64,000 nucleotides of DNA from a virus (taxonomy: Duplodnaviria; Caudoviricetes): positions 3,633 through 67,632 of the IMG/VR virus record IMGVR_UViG_2788500332_000005; one strand, given 5' to 3'. The position numbers were made by a program, and so were the translations under genes. Under the pieces are notes generated by a model. It was given only the letters and a program-made list of their open reading frames with translations. It ran no database searches and was not told the origin of the DNA. Shown here one piece after another: positions 43,155 to 53,500 of this stretch. Each line of letters begins with the position of its first letter. Position 1 is the first letter of the stretch.

Positions 43155-43183
43155 TTGACATTCAAACAGTCGCGACGTAGCAT
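43155..43183 (+). promoter_or_regulatory. sigma70-like promoter upstream of the head genes
   Basis: TTGACA-N17-TAGCAT; degenerate operator sites immediately upstream. Confidence 0.7.
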
Positions 43184-43242
43184 TATGTCATTGGGGTACA
43201 TGCGCCCCGAGCCTCCTGGTGGTTACCCGAGCCAACCCTAAG

Positions 43243-43272
43243 CCCGTCATGGCAACATGGCGGGTTTTTCTT
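43243..43272 (+). terminator. terminator/attenuator in front of the prohead protease gene
   Basis: CCCGTCATG-GCAA-CATGGCGGG-TTTTTCTTT. Confidence 0.75.
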
Positions 43273-43279
43273 TGCCCAG

Positions 43280-43678
43280 ATGCCGCAAATCGGAATTTCT
43301 TTCGAGTTCGCCAAGGCAGACGCCACCGGTGGCTATGTCCGCGGCTGGGCTTCCGTTGTCAGCGTCGCCGGCCAGCCGGTCGAGGATTGGCAGGGCGACG
43401 TGATTGGCATGGACGCGCTGAGGAAGGCCGCCCACCAGTTCATCACCGACGCCCGCGTCGCCAAGGCGATGCACCGGGGCGAGCAGGTCGGCGAGGTGGT
43501 GGAATCCATCATCATCGACGACGACCTCGCTAACGCACTCGGCATCGCCGACCAGCGGCGCGGCTGGTTCATCGGCATGAAGGTCAACTCCGACGCCGTG
43601 CGCAAGCGCGTCCGCTCCGGAGAGCTCCGGGCCTTCTCGATCGGAGGCCGCGGCAAGCGCGTGCCGCTCGGAGCCTGA
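43280..43678 (+). CDS. XkdF-like prohead protease
   Basis: VRGWASV...DWQGD...H...VVES...WFIGMKV...GELRAFSIGG. Confidence 0.85.
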   Translation: MPQIGISFEFAKADATGGYVRGWASVVSVAGQPVEDWQGDVIGMDALRKAAHQFITDARVAKAMHRGEQVGEVVESIIIDDDLANALGIADQRRGWFIGMKVNSDAVRKRVRSGELRAFSIGGRGKRVPLGA

Positions 43679-43679
43679 C

Positions 43680-44579
43680 ATGGCCGACAAGCACGAGATC
43701 ACCTCCATGATCCTCGACGAAGTCTCGCTCGTCGACGACCCGGCCAACCCGGAAGCGAACGTCGTCATCGCCAAGGCGCGCCAGGCGCCGCCCGACGACG
43801 ATCGTGCCGGCGCCGTCCGGGCCGAGATCGCCAAGGCGATCCAGGATCTCTCCCCAACCATCATCGAGCGGGTCGGCGCCGCCCTCCCCTCCGATACCGA
43901 AGCCGCCGATCTGGCGGCTTTTCTCTTGAAGGAAAAGTCGATGGATATCGAGGAACTCACGAAGGCGCTCACCGAAGCCAAGACCGCTCTCGATGAGGCT
44001 ACCAAGGTCACCAAGGCCAAGGACGAGGAAATCGCCAAGCTCAAGACCTCGCTCGAGGAAGCTGTCGCCAAGGCCAAGCAGGCGGACGAAGAACTCGCGA
44101 AGGCGAAGGCGCCGAAGAAGGAGGAGACCGAAGAGGACGTCCTCAAGTCCCTCCCCGAGCCGCTCCGCAAGCGCTTCCTGGCGCTGGAGGCCGCCGACAA
44201 GGCGAAGTCCGAGGAAATCGAGAAGATGCGCGAGGAGCGCGAGCTCGACGAGGCCATCGCCAAGGCGAAGGGCTTTGCCGGCGATCCCAAGGTGGTCGGT
44301 CCGGCCCTGATGCGCATCCGCAAGGGCAAGGGCACCGATGCCGATGTCACCGAGATCGAGCGCCTGCTGAAGGCTCAGGCGAACCAGGAAAAGACCAGCG
44401 AGCTCTACAAGAGCCGCGGCTCCTCGGCTGCCGTCGACGGCAATCCCGAAGACCTCCTGAAGGCCAAGGCCGAGGACATCGCCAAGGCCAAGAACATCTC
44501 CTTCGCCAAGGCCTATGCCGAGGCGCTGGAAGCCAACCCCGATCTCTACAACGCCTACGTCGAGAAGCGGCGCAGCTGA
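43680..44579 (+). CDS. scaffolding protein
   Basis: DEVSLVDDPANPEANVVIAK, then coiled coil with repeated AKA. Confidence 0.8.
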   Translation: MADKHEITSMILDEVSLVDDPANPEANVVIAKARQAPPDDDRAGAVRAEIAKAIQDLSPTIIERVGAALPSDTEAADLAAFLLKEKSMDIEELTKALTEAKTALDEATKVTKAKDEEIAKLKTSLEEAVAKAKQADEELAKAKAPKKEETEEDVLKSLPEPLRKRFLALEAADKAKSEEIEKMREERELDEAIAKAKGFAGDPKVVGPALMRIRKGKGTDADVTEIERLLKAQANQEKTSELYKSRGSSAAVDGNPEDLLKAKAEDIAKAKNISFAKAYAEALEANPDLYNAYVEKRRS

Positions 44580-44647
44580 GCGGCTAACGGCCGCCATTCG
44601 CCTCCCCTGACGGCGTTTCCCAGCATTTCCATCTCCGGAGTCTCCCA

Positions 44648-45076
44648 ATGACCACTCAGGCCAATGGGCTGGATATCACTCGTCTTGCGGGTGCCGATCT
44701 CAGCTCGTCCCAGTATCTCTTCGTCAAGCTCGACGCGAACGCTCAGGTCGTCGTCGCCGGTGCCGGTGAGGATGCCATTGGCGTCCTCCAGAACAAGCCC
44801 GCCGCCGGTCAGGCCGCCACCGTGCGTGTCGGCGGCCTCAGCAAGGTCGTCGCCGGCGCCGCGATCACCGCCGGTGCCCGCGTGGCCTCCGATGCCTCCG
44901 GCAAGGCCAAGACCGCCGTAGCTGCCACCGTCAACACCTCGGACACCGGTGCCGCCGCTGACGCCGTGGTGGCCTCCTTCTCGATGGGACACGCCTTCGA
45001 GGCGGCGTCCGGCGACGGCCAGGTCATCGAGATCCTGCTCGCCCATTCCGGCGCTCTTCCCACCACCGCGGCCTGA
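44648..45076 (+). CDS. capsid decoration/cement protein (DUF2190-like)
   Basis: Ala/Gly-rich; between scaffold and MCP. Confidence 0.75.
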   Translation: MTTQANGLDITRLAGADLSSSQYLFVKLDANAQVVVAGAGEDAIGVLQNKPAAGQAATVRVGGLSKVVAGAAITAGARVASDASGKAKTAVAATVNTSDTGAAADAVVASFSMGHAFEAASGDGQVIEILLAHSGALPTTAA

Positions 45077-45106
45077 TCTCGGCCGAAATAGCAAAGGATC
45101 AAGGCC

Positions 45107-46093
45107 ATGACGCCGACCCCGTCGGACGTTCACGTGAACGTGCCGCTCAGCAACATTTCCGTTGCCTATTTCCAGGACGCCTCGGCGTTCATCGCCGACC
45201 AGGTGTTCCCGAACATCCCCGTCGACAAGCAGTCGAACACCTACTACGTCTACGATCGCGGCGACTTCAATCGCGACGAGATGAAGGAACGCGCGCCCTC
45301 CACGGAATCCGAGGGCGGCGGCTACAAACTGAGCCCGGACGGGCTCTACTTCTGCCGCAAGTACAGCGTCCACAAGGACATCCCGGACGAGGTGCGCGGC
45401 AATGCCGACGCCGCCATCAACCTGGACACCGAGGCCTCCCGCTACCTGTCGCTCAAGGCGCTGATCCGCCGCGAGAAGCTGTTCACCGGCACCTACTTCA
45501 AGGCCGGCGTCTGGGCGCAGGATCTGACGGGTGTCGCGTCCGGCGCTTCCGGCTCCCAGCGTCTCCGGTGGGATGACAGCGCATCCGACCCCGTCGTGCA
45601 GATCAAGGCGGAGAAGCGCGAGCAGCAGCGCCGGACCGGCTTCAAGCCGAACACCCTCGTCATTGGCCCGCAGGTCTGGGATGCCCTGACCGAGCACCCG
45701 GACATCATCGACCGCATCAAGTACGGCCAGACGCCCGGCTCGCCGGCCATCGTCAGCCGGCAGACCATCGCCGCGCTGTTCGAGATCGAGCGCATCCTCG
45801 TTGCCGAGGCGGTCGAGAACACGGCCAAGGAAGGTCTCGCCGAGGTGAGCGCCTTCATCGCCGGTAAGCATGCCCTGCTCTGCCACGTGACGCCGGCCCC
45901 CGGCCTGCTGACCCCGACCGCCGGCTACACCTTCTCGTGGACCGGCATGTACGGCAGCTCGAACCTCGGCACCCGCGTCAAGTCGTTCCGGATGGACAAC
46001 ATCGAGTCCGACCGCATCGAGATCGACATGTGCATGGATATGCGCGTCGTCGGTGCCGACATGGGCACCTTCTGGGCCGGCATCGTCTCCTGA
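45107..46093 (+). CDS. major capsid protein
   Basis: Size and position; LSNISVAY...ADQVFP, FKPNTLVIG. Confidence 0.9.
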   Translation: MTPTPSDVHVNVPLSNISVAYFQDASAFIADQVFPNIPVDKQSNTYYVYDRGDFNRDEMKERAPSTESEGGGYKLSPDGLYFCRKYSVHKDIPDEVRGNADAAINLDTEASRYLSLKALIRREKLFTGTYFKAGVWAQDLTGVASGASGSQRLRWDDSASDPVVQIKAEKREQQRRTGFKPNTLVIGPQVWDALTEHPDIIDRIKYGQTPGSPAIVSRQTIAALFEIERILVAEAVENTAKEGLAEVSAFIAGKHALLCHVTPAPGLLTPTAGYTFSWTGMYGSSNLGTRVKSFRMDNIESDRIEIDMCMDMRVVGADMGTFWAGIVS

Positions 46094-46120
46094 TCAATCC
46101 GGCCATCTGACCATAGACGA

Positions 46121-46150
46121 ACGGGGCGCTTCGGCGCCCCGTCGTCTTTT
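46121..46150 (+). terminator. terminator after the MCP gene
   Basis: ACGGGGCGC-TTCG-GCGCCCCGT...TTTT. Confidence 0.7.
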
Positions 46151-46170
46151 CGCTCCCCAGCGAGGACTTC

Positions 46171-46656
46171 ATGCAAGCCAGAATCCCGTATAGCCCGCAG
46201 CTTCCGACGGTGGCGCGGGTGCCGTTCAAATTCAGCGGCAAGCAGTTCTATCCCGGCGATTCATTCCCCGGCGACGCCTTGCCCGAAGGCGCATGTCCCG
46301 AGCGGCGGCGCGCGCAGATGTGGACCAACCGCATGCTCGAATGCGTCATGGACCTGGCGCCCGCCCCGGCGAAAAGCCCTGAGGCCGAGCCTTTGGTGCC
46401 GCCGAAGGAGCCCACCGCCCCTCAGACGCCACCCCCGGCCGGCAAGGCCAAGATCAAGTCGACCGGGTTCGGCCTGTTCTCGGTGCTCGGCGCTGACGGC
46501 GCCGTCGTCGCCATGGGGCTGACCAAGGACAAGGCCTCGACCATGGCCGCCGAGATCAACGAGACCCGCAGGGGAGCGGGAGAGAGCGCCTCCGGCGCCG
46601 GCGCTGTTTGTCCGCCGGTGCCGGGGGCGCCCTCGGCCGCGCCCACAGCCGCTTGA
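46171..46656 (+). CDS. hypothetical virion protein
   Basis: Position after the MCP gene. Confidence 0.6.
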   Translation: MQARIPYSPQLPTVARVPFKFSGKQFYPGDSFPGDALPEGACPERRRAQMWTNRMLECVMDLAPAPAKSPEAEPLVPPKEPTAPQTPPPAGKAKIKSTGFGLFSVLGADGAVVAMGLTKDKASTMAAEINETRRGAGESASGAGAVCPPVPGAPSAAPTAA

Positions 46657-46664
46657 GCTGACCC

Positions 46665-47228
46665 ATGACGCTCGTCATTGAAACCGGCACCGGCCTCGAA
46701 GACGCCGAGGCCTATGTGCCCGTCGATGCGCTGCGCACCTACGCGGCGGGTCGTGGCGTCGATCTGACCGAGTTCGACGATACCGCCTGCGAGATCAAGC
46801 TGCGTCTCGCCGCTCAGTGGATCGACACCCGCTGGCGCTACAAGGGGACGCGGGTTTCGGCCGGCCAGGCGCTGGAATTTCCACGCAACGGCTTGGCGGA
46901 CTGGTCCGGCTTCATCCTCACCGGCGTGCCCAAGCGCGTGAAGGATGCCGCCTGCGAACTGGCGATCCGTGGGCTACAAGGTGCAACGCTCGTTCCTGAT
47001 CTCGACCGCTCGGGCTGGATCAAGAGCGAGTCCGTCGGGCCGATCTCCACCACCTATGCCGACGGCGCCCCGCAGAGCACTGTCTTCGCCGTTGCCGAGC
47101 GCCTGCTCGAGCAGTTCGCCCGCGATCCGGAGCAGCAGTGGGCGCCCTTCTTCGGCGGCTCGACCACGCCGCTGTTCGAGCGCGGCATGATGAGCAACCC
47201 GCCGTCCTCCCTTTCGGATGACGACTGA
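46665..47228 (+). CDS. head-tail connector/adaptor
   Basis: DAEAYV...QALEFPR...VPKRVKDAACELA...KSESVGPISTTY. Confidence 0.8.
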   Translation: MTLVIETGTGLEDAEAYVPVDALRTYAAGRGVDLTEFDDTACEIKLRLAAQWIDTRWRYKGTRVSAGQALEFPRNGLADWSGFILTGVPKRVKDAACELAIRGLQGATLVPDLDRSGWIKSESVGPISTTYADGAPQSTVFAVAERLLEQFARDPEQQWAPFFGGSTTPLFERGMMSNPPSSLSDDD

Positions 47229-47605
47229 TGGGCATCTACGGCCGTCAGGCGGCGTCCACCCTCGCGCTCATCAAGCGCAAGGGGACGCAGATCACCATCA
47301 GCCGCGCCGTGGCCGACACGTTCGATCCGGTCACGCAGGAACGGGTGCCGGGTGTGCCGATCACCGGCGACTTCTACGCCGTCGAGATCCCGCCCGGCCG
47401 CAGCGCCGAATTCCAGATCGGCTCGCTCGTCGGCCGCAAGGTGATCCAGCTCTACATCGCCCGCGCCGAAATCGCCATGGAACCGTCGCCGGGCGACACC
47501 ACCACCTGGAACGGCGTCGAGTACACGCTCCTTGCGCCGGTCACCCACTATAACCCGGCCGCCGACGGCGCCGTTCTCACCGTGGCCTATGGGGAAGCGG
47601 GATGA
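47228..47605 (+). CDS. head closure protein
   Basis: Position and size. Confidence 0.7.
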   Translation: MGIYGRQAASTLALIKRKGTQITISRAVADTFDPVTQERVPGVPITGDFYAVEIPPGRSAEFQIGSLVGRKVIQLYIARAEIAMEPSPGDTTTWNGVEYTLLAPVTHYNPAADGAVLTVAYGEAG

Positions 47606-48018
47606 GCGATCAATTCGCCGCCGCGCTCCGGGCATGGGCCGACAAGGTGAACGGCAATCTCGACGGCCTCGCGCGTCAGACCTGCCAGGAAACGGCGCAG
47701 CGCGCCGTCGGCGCGACGCCGGTGGATACCGGCTTCCTGCGCGGCAACTGGCAGCCGTCGATCGGCGAGATGAAGGTCGTGGAGCCGGCGCCGGCAGCCG
47801 GCGGCGATATCGCGCTCGTCTGCGCCGGCATCAAGGCCGGTGACGTCTTCTACATGACCAACAATACGGCCTACGCCAAGCGCCTCGAATACGGCTTCGA
47901 GGGCAAGGACAGCCTCGGTCGCGAGTACCACCAGGCCGGCCGCTACTTCGTTCGCGACACAGTGGCGCAGTGGCCGTCGATCGTCGAGCAGATCGCCAGG
48001 GAGCTCGGCGCTCAATGA
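47602..48018 (+). CDS. tail completion protein (HK97 gp10-like)
   Basis: TPVDTGFLRGNW, YAKRLEYG. Confidence 0.8.
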   Translation: MSDQFAAALRAWADKVNGNLDGLARQTCQETAQRAVGATPVDTGFLRGNWQPSIGEMKVVEPAPAAGGDIALVCAGIKAGDVFYMTNNTAYAKRLEYGFEGKDSLGREYHQAGRYFVRDTVAQWPSIVEQIARELGAQ

Positions 48019-48458
48019 GCCTTGCCACCTGGGACATCGAGATGCAGGCCGCCGCCCGCGCCCTGCTGATCGCCACGGTCGCCGCGTCCACCGACACGCC
48101 GCGGCCGGCGTTCGCCTGGGAGGGCGAAGCCTTCACGCCGCCGACCGGCCCCTTCATCGCCGAATCCTTCCGGAACGACGTGACGCGCCTTGTGTCCGGC
48201 GCCCGGAGAAACGGCCGCGTCGAGCACAGAGCTACCTTCGCGCTGGTGCTCCGCTATCCGGCTGCCGTCGGCACCAAGCCGGCCCGGACCATGGCCGGGC
48301 TGGTCATGAAGGCCTTTACGCCCGGTACGCCGCTCGTCCGGAACGGATGCAGCGCTCACGTCACCGCCGTCGATCCCCGGCCGGCTATCCAGGAGCCCGA
48401 TCGCTTCGTGCTCCCCCTGAACATCGCCCTGTCGGGCTTCAGCAACACAGAGGTGTAA
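48015..48458 (+). CDS. tail terminator
   Basis: AWEGEAFTPP; position before the tube gene. Confidence 0.7.
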   Translation: MSLATWDIEMQAAARALLIATVAASTDTPRPAFAWEGEAFTPPTGPFIAESFRNDVTRLVSGARRNGRVEHRATFALVLRYPAAVGTKPARTMAGLVMKAFTPGTPLVRNGCSAHVTAVDPRPAIQEPDRFVLPLNIALSGFSNTEV

Positions 48459-48459
48459 T

Positions 48460-49674
48460 ATGGCGATCCAGAGTTCCGTCTCGGTCGACATCGCTTATGG
48501 CGTCGAAACCACCTTCGGCACCGCCGCCACGGCCACGGCCGGCAAGGCTCTTCGTCGCGTCTCGACCTCTCTGACGACGCAGAAGGAGAGCTTCCAGTCG
48601 AACGAAGTTCGGCGCGATCTTCAGGTCTCCGATCTGCGGCACGGCATGAGGTCGGCGCGCGGCTCGATCGAGGGCGAGCTTTCCATCCAGAGCTATGACG
48701 ACCTGCTCGAAGCCGCTTTCGGAGGCACGTGGACGGCCGGCGTTTCCGTCGACCCGGATGATTTCGCTACCGGCGTGACTGTTACCACTGTCGGCGAAAC
48801 CTCGCTCCTGACGTTTGCCGGCGCCGGTTCTCTCCTCACCGCCGGGTTCAAGGTCGGTGACGTCGTCCGTTGCACCGGCCTGACCGCCGCCGCCAACAAC
48901 AACCTGAACCTCCGCATCGTCGCTCTCGACGCCACGGCGATGACCGTCTACCCGGCGATCACGGCGCAGGCGCAGCAGGCGGAAGATTGGGCGGTTGCGG
49001 TCGCCGGCAAGAAGCTGCTGCTCGGCACGACCAAGCGCAGCTTCACCATCGAGAACATCTACACCGATATCGACGAGAGCGAACAGTTCACTGGCTGCCG
49101 CATCAACGGCGTGTCCATCAACTGCCAGCCCAATGGCATGGTGACTTCCACCTTCGACGTCCTCGGCCAGAACGGCTCGCTCAGGAAGGGCGCCCAGAGC
49201 CCGTACTTCACGACCATCGCCGATGCCCCGAACACCGAGATCGTCTCCGGCCTGAATGGCGCGCTGCGTCTCGCCGGCCAGGAAGTCGGCATTGTCACCG
49301 CCTTCGACCTGTCGCTCACCAACAACATGAGCGTGGCCGGCGTGGTGGGCAAGAACGTCAGCCCCGACGTCTTCGCCGGCCGTAAGGTTCTGACCGGCAA
49401 TGTCTCCGCCTACCTTCAGGACGGCAGCCTGATCGAGGCCTTCCTGGACGAAGAGGAGGTCGACATCGTCGCGCAGCTTCTGACCGCCTCCGGCTCTCCG
49501 CAGGACTTCATCACCCTGTCGATGCAGCGCGTGAAGTTTTCCAGCAACACCAAGACCATCGGCGCCGAGGGCGGCGTCATCGCGCAGTTCGCTTATCAGG
49601 CGCTGCTCGCCAACGGCGGGTCGGGAACCAATCTCGACGCCACCACGATCGCGATCCAGCGGTCCAACAGCTGA
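48460..49674 (+). CDS. major tail tube protein
   Basis: YGVETTFG, FQSNEVRRD, GSIEGELS. Confidence 0.85.
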   Translation: MAIQSSVSVDIAYGVETTFGTAATATAGKALRRVSTSLTTQKESFQSNEVRRDLQVSDLRHGMRSARGSIEGELSIQSYDDLLEAAFGGTWTAGVSVDPDDFATGVTVTTVGETSLLTFAGAGSLLTAGFKVGDVVRCTGLTAAANNNLNLRIVALDATAMTVYPAITAQAQQAEDWAVAVAGKKLLLGTTKRSFTIENIYTDIDESEQFTGCRINGVSINCQPNGMVTSTFDVLGQNGSLRKGAQSPYFTTIADAPNTEIVSGLNGALRLAGQEVGIVTAFDLSLTNNMSVAGVVGKNVSPDVFAGRKVLTGNVSAYLQDGSLIEAFLDEEEVDIVAQLLTASGSPQDFITLSMQRVKFSSNTKTIGAEGGVIAQFAYQALLANGGSGTNLDATTIAIQRSNS

Positions 49675-49736
49675 TGCGTCGGCCGGCCAAGCCGGCCCCC
49701 TCACGGCCTCTCCCCAAGCAACTGAAGGCAAACATC

Positions 49737-50165
49737 ATGAATTTCGATCTCGACGTCGTCGACACGACCACGCGCGCCAACGCGGGCGTCGACATGACGA
49801 TCACCACCCCCGCCGGCATCCCCGTGAAGAACCAGGATGGCCGGCCGGTCAGCCTGAAGCTCGTCGGCACGGATTCGGAGATCTATCGCTCCACGGTGCG
49901 GGCAAGGATGATCCAGAACGTGGCCGAGGCCAATGCGAGCGGCCTCTCGGAGGAGACCATTGTCAAGACCGAGGAGAAGCAGCTCGACACGCTCGTTGCC
50001 TGTACGATCGGCTGGTCTGGCGTTCAGGACCGCGACGGCAAGGATGTCCCGTTCTCGGCGGCCGCCGTGCGTGAACTCTACATCCAGTATCCGACCATCC
50101 GCGACCAGGCGGACCGCTTCATCGGGAACCGCCAGAATTTTTTGCTGAAATCCGCCGCCGCCTGA
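49737..50165 (+). CDS. tail assembly chaperone (gpG-like)
   Basis: Position between tube and TMP. Confidence 0.8.
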   Translation: MNFDLDVVDTTTRANAGVDMTITTPAGIPVKNQDGRPVSLKLVGTDSEIYRSTVRARMIQNVAEANASGLSEETIVKTEEKQLDTLVACTIGWSGVQDRDGKDVPFSAAAVRELYIQYPTIRDQADRFIGNRQNFLLKSAAA

Positions 50166-50503
50166 TCGAGCACGCGGATTTCCACTTCAAGCGACAGCAG
50201 CGGATCGGCGGGGGCTCGGTAGCGGATCATCTTGCGGTCGTCGCCCGCGTTCGCGGCAAGGCCGTCAAGCCATCGAAAGCCCCGCCCCTGCCCTCGGCTG
50301 CGATTTGGGCGTGGCGGGCCTTCGTCGATCTCTCGGCCGCCCGCCAGTCGTTCCTCACCGTTCAGCCCATCAGCTACTCCGAAATCGTGGCCTACCAGAC
50401 CCTGACCGGACTGCATCTCGCCGGATGGGAGATCGCGCTCGTCCGCGAATTGGACGCCCAGTTCCTCGCCGCCATGGCGAGTGACCAGAACAAGTCTTCA
50501 TGA
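50138..50503 (+). CDS. -1 frameshift extension of the tail chaperone (gpGT-like)
   Basis: In-frame slippery heptamer T TTT TTG at 50138-50144; the -1 frame is open to TGA 50503 and reads ...PISYSEIVAY...WEIALVRELD. Confidence 0.8.
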   Translation, partial: FFAEIRRRLIEHADFHFKRQQRIGGGSVADHLAVVARVRGKAVKPSKAPPLPSAAIWAWRAFVDLSAARQSFLTVQPISYSEIVAYQTLTGLHLAGWEIALVRELDAQFLAAMASDQNKSS

Positions 50504-53500
50504 CCGACATCGCGCCGCTCGGCTTTTCCATCGATACCGGCCCGCTGAAGCAGGCCCAGCAGGAAGCGCAGAAGACCGCCGTCGAGTTCGCCAAGATGGC
50601 GGATTCGGCCGGCAAGGCCGCCGAGACGGCCGGGCGCAAGGCGGACTCGCTCCGCAAGGCGGCCAATGAAGCCAAAAAGGCAGCCGAGGGGTCCACGGTC
50701 GCGGCCCAGCAGGAAGCGATTGCGCTCGAAAAGGCCGCTCAGAAGGCCGAGGCTGCCGCCAAGTCGAAGCGGACCGAGGCGGAGGCGATCAAGAAGTCGG
50801 CGGATGCGGCCAAGGATCATGCGGCCGCCGTCGAGAAGATGTCCGGCCGCGCCTCGTCGGCCAGCGACAGCGTCTCCAAGCTCGCCGCCCAAGCGAACCG
50901 CGCCTCCAGTGCCTTCGCCTCCGGCATCAGCTCGGCCACCGGGTTCGCCTCCAGCATGGCGGGGAGCGGTGGCAGCGGGCTGGCTGGTGCCTTTTCGACG
51001 GCAACCACCTCGCTTGCCCGTTTCCTGCCTGCTCTCGGCTCGATCGGTGTGGCAGCCGGCGCGGCCGCGACCGGGATCGGGATTGTCGGGGCCGCGACAT
51101 ACAGCGCGACCAAATTCCTGGCCTCCTATCAGGACCGCCTCGATGCGGTCGACGCGCGCATCCGGAACACCATGCAGGTGTCCGGCACCATGGCTCGAAA
51201 GATCCGCGACGATCTGACGGCCATGAGCCAGAACACCGGGCTTGGCTTCGGGGCATCGTCGGATGCCTTTCTGCGCATGGCACGCAACCGTGGCTCGATC
51301 GGCGCCACAACCAGCGATTTGCTCACCCTCACCGAGGCCACACAGAAGCTCGGCGTCGTCTCCGGTGCAGGCGCGGGCGAGGTGGGCAGCGGCATGCTTC
51401 AGCTCAGCCAGGCGCTCGCGTCCGGCCGCCTGCAAGGCGATGAGCTGCGCTCCATCATGGAGCAGATGCCGGCCCTCGCGAAGGCGATCGCCGATGGCCT
51501 CGGCGTTGGTGTCGGCCAGCTGCGCACCATGGGCTCCGAGGGCCAGCTCACCTCGGACAAGGTGTTCAAGGCCATCCTCAGCCAGGTCGGCAAGATCCGC
51601 GACGAGTTCGCGGCCATGCCGGACACCGTCGAACGCGCCAACCAGAGGCTGTCCGACAGCTGGGATCGGCTGTTCGCCAATATGGGGAAGGCATGGAACG
51701 CCTCTCCCATGGTGCAGGGTGCCACGAATGCCACGAACTATGTTGTCGCTGGCGCGGCCAATTCTCTCGACAGTTCGCCGGAAGCCGAGCAAAGGCGCCG
51801 GCTTACGAAGGTTCAGGGAGACCTTCGTGATCTTGAAGCCCAGTTGGAGAAGGCAAGGCGACAGGCTGCCATAGGCCCGGACGGCTGGAATGACGGCGTC
51901 AGCCTAACCCAGAGCCAGTTGGACGCCAATGTCCAGGTTACGGCGAACCGGCTGCAATCCGCTCAACTTCAGGCGGAGCCGGCACTGCATCTCACGGAGA
52001 TGCGGGATATCGCCAGCTACAACGCCGCAACGAAAGAGAGCGCCTCGGTCCAAGGCGCTGCGGTCGAACGCGGCACGACGCTCGCCACCAACCTGCTTCA
52101 GCTGGCATCGGCACAGAAGGAGGTCGCAACCAATTCCGCCACGCTCAACGAAGCCATCAAGACGCTTCAGAGCGGCCTCACCAGCCTTTCGCCGGAGGAG
52201 TCCGCCAAGAAGCTGGCGGTCCTCCAGTCCGCGCTTCTCGTGGTGCGCGGCGCGGCGGAGCGAGCCACCGACGCGTTCACTCGGTACCGGATGGAAACCG
52301 AGCGGATGTCGATCCGGACCAACGTGTTCGGCACCGATGCCGGTCTCTACGAGGAGGCAGCGAAGCTCCGGCAGGATGCCCAAGATCAGGGCCAGCAGGT
52401 CAGTGCGGACGCGGCTGTTGCTGCGGTTGTTGCGCGCCGGCTGGAGGAAGCCCGTCGCAAGGCCGAGCAGGAAGCCTCGGCGATCGGCGACATCCAGAAA
52501 CAGGTCGAGGCCGCCCGCCGGGGACGCGAGGCGCTGGCCGTGGAGCAGGCCCGGCAGGCCAAGGAGGCGGAGCTGGGCGCAACGGCCGCGGCTACGCCCG
52601 AAGGTCAAGCCTCCATTGCCGATGCCATGGAAGCCGCCCGGCGCCGCTACCAGAAGGAGCGCGAGCTCCGCAACGCCCAAAGCGAATGGGAGCCGGAGGC
52701 CCGCGCCATCGGCGACGTCCGCCGTGAGATCGAAAAGCTCCAGCGGGCGACGTCCGACCTCAACGCCGTGCGTGGCAAGAACCCCTGGCAGCAGCAACAG
52801 ATCCAGTTCGAGAGCGAGCTCGCCGAAAGCCTGAAGACGATCGATCCGACCCAGCAGGCCGCCTACGCGGCGGCGCGGCGCGCTCAGTTCGCCGCGCAGC
52901 GGCAGAACCAGATCGAGAGCCCGTTCACCGACAATGCCAATACGGTCGAGGAGCTCCAGCGCCAGATCGAAACGCAGACGGCGGCGTTCGGCAGGTCGAA
53001 AGCCGATGCGGCCAGCCTCAACGAACAGCTCCGCCTCTATAACCAGCTGACGCGGCAGGGGATCGAGATCACGCCGGAACTCGCCGCCCGCATCAAGGAG
53101 GCCGGTGACAGCTACGGCACCACCGAGGCCAAGCTCCAGGATCTGACCGAGCAGCAGCAGCAGGCCATCTCGTCGATGGATGGATTCCGGTCCGCGACGC
53201 GCTCGGCACTCGGCAGCCTGTTCGAGGGCGACTACAAGTCCGCCGGCCTGTCGATCGTCAATTTCTTCAAGGATAAGGTTCTCGACAACCTCAACCAGTC
53301 CCTTTTCGGCAAGAGCGGCGAGCTCGGCGGCGGCACCTTCGGCGATTTCTTCGCCGGCCTGTTCGGCGGCAGCCAGGCGCTCGGCTCGTCGGAAGCCAAC
53401 GCCCTCTGGGTAAAGATCGCCAACGATGTTCTGGTTCCCGGCTCCAACGGGACGCCCTCAGCGAATGCCACCCTCCCAGGTATCTCGAACCTTACCGGCA

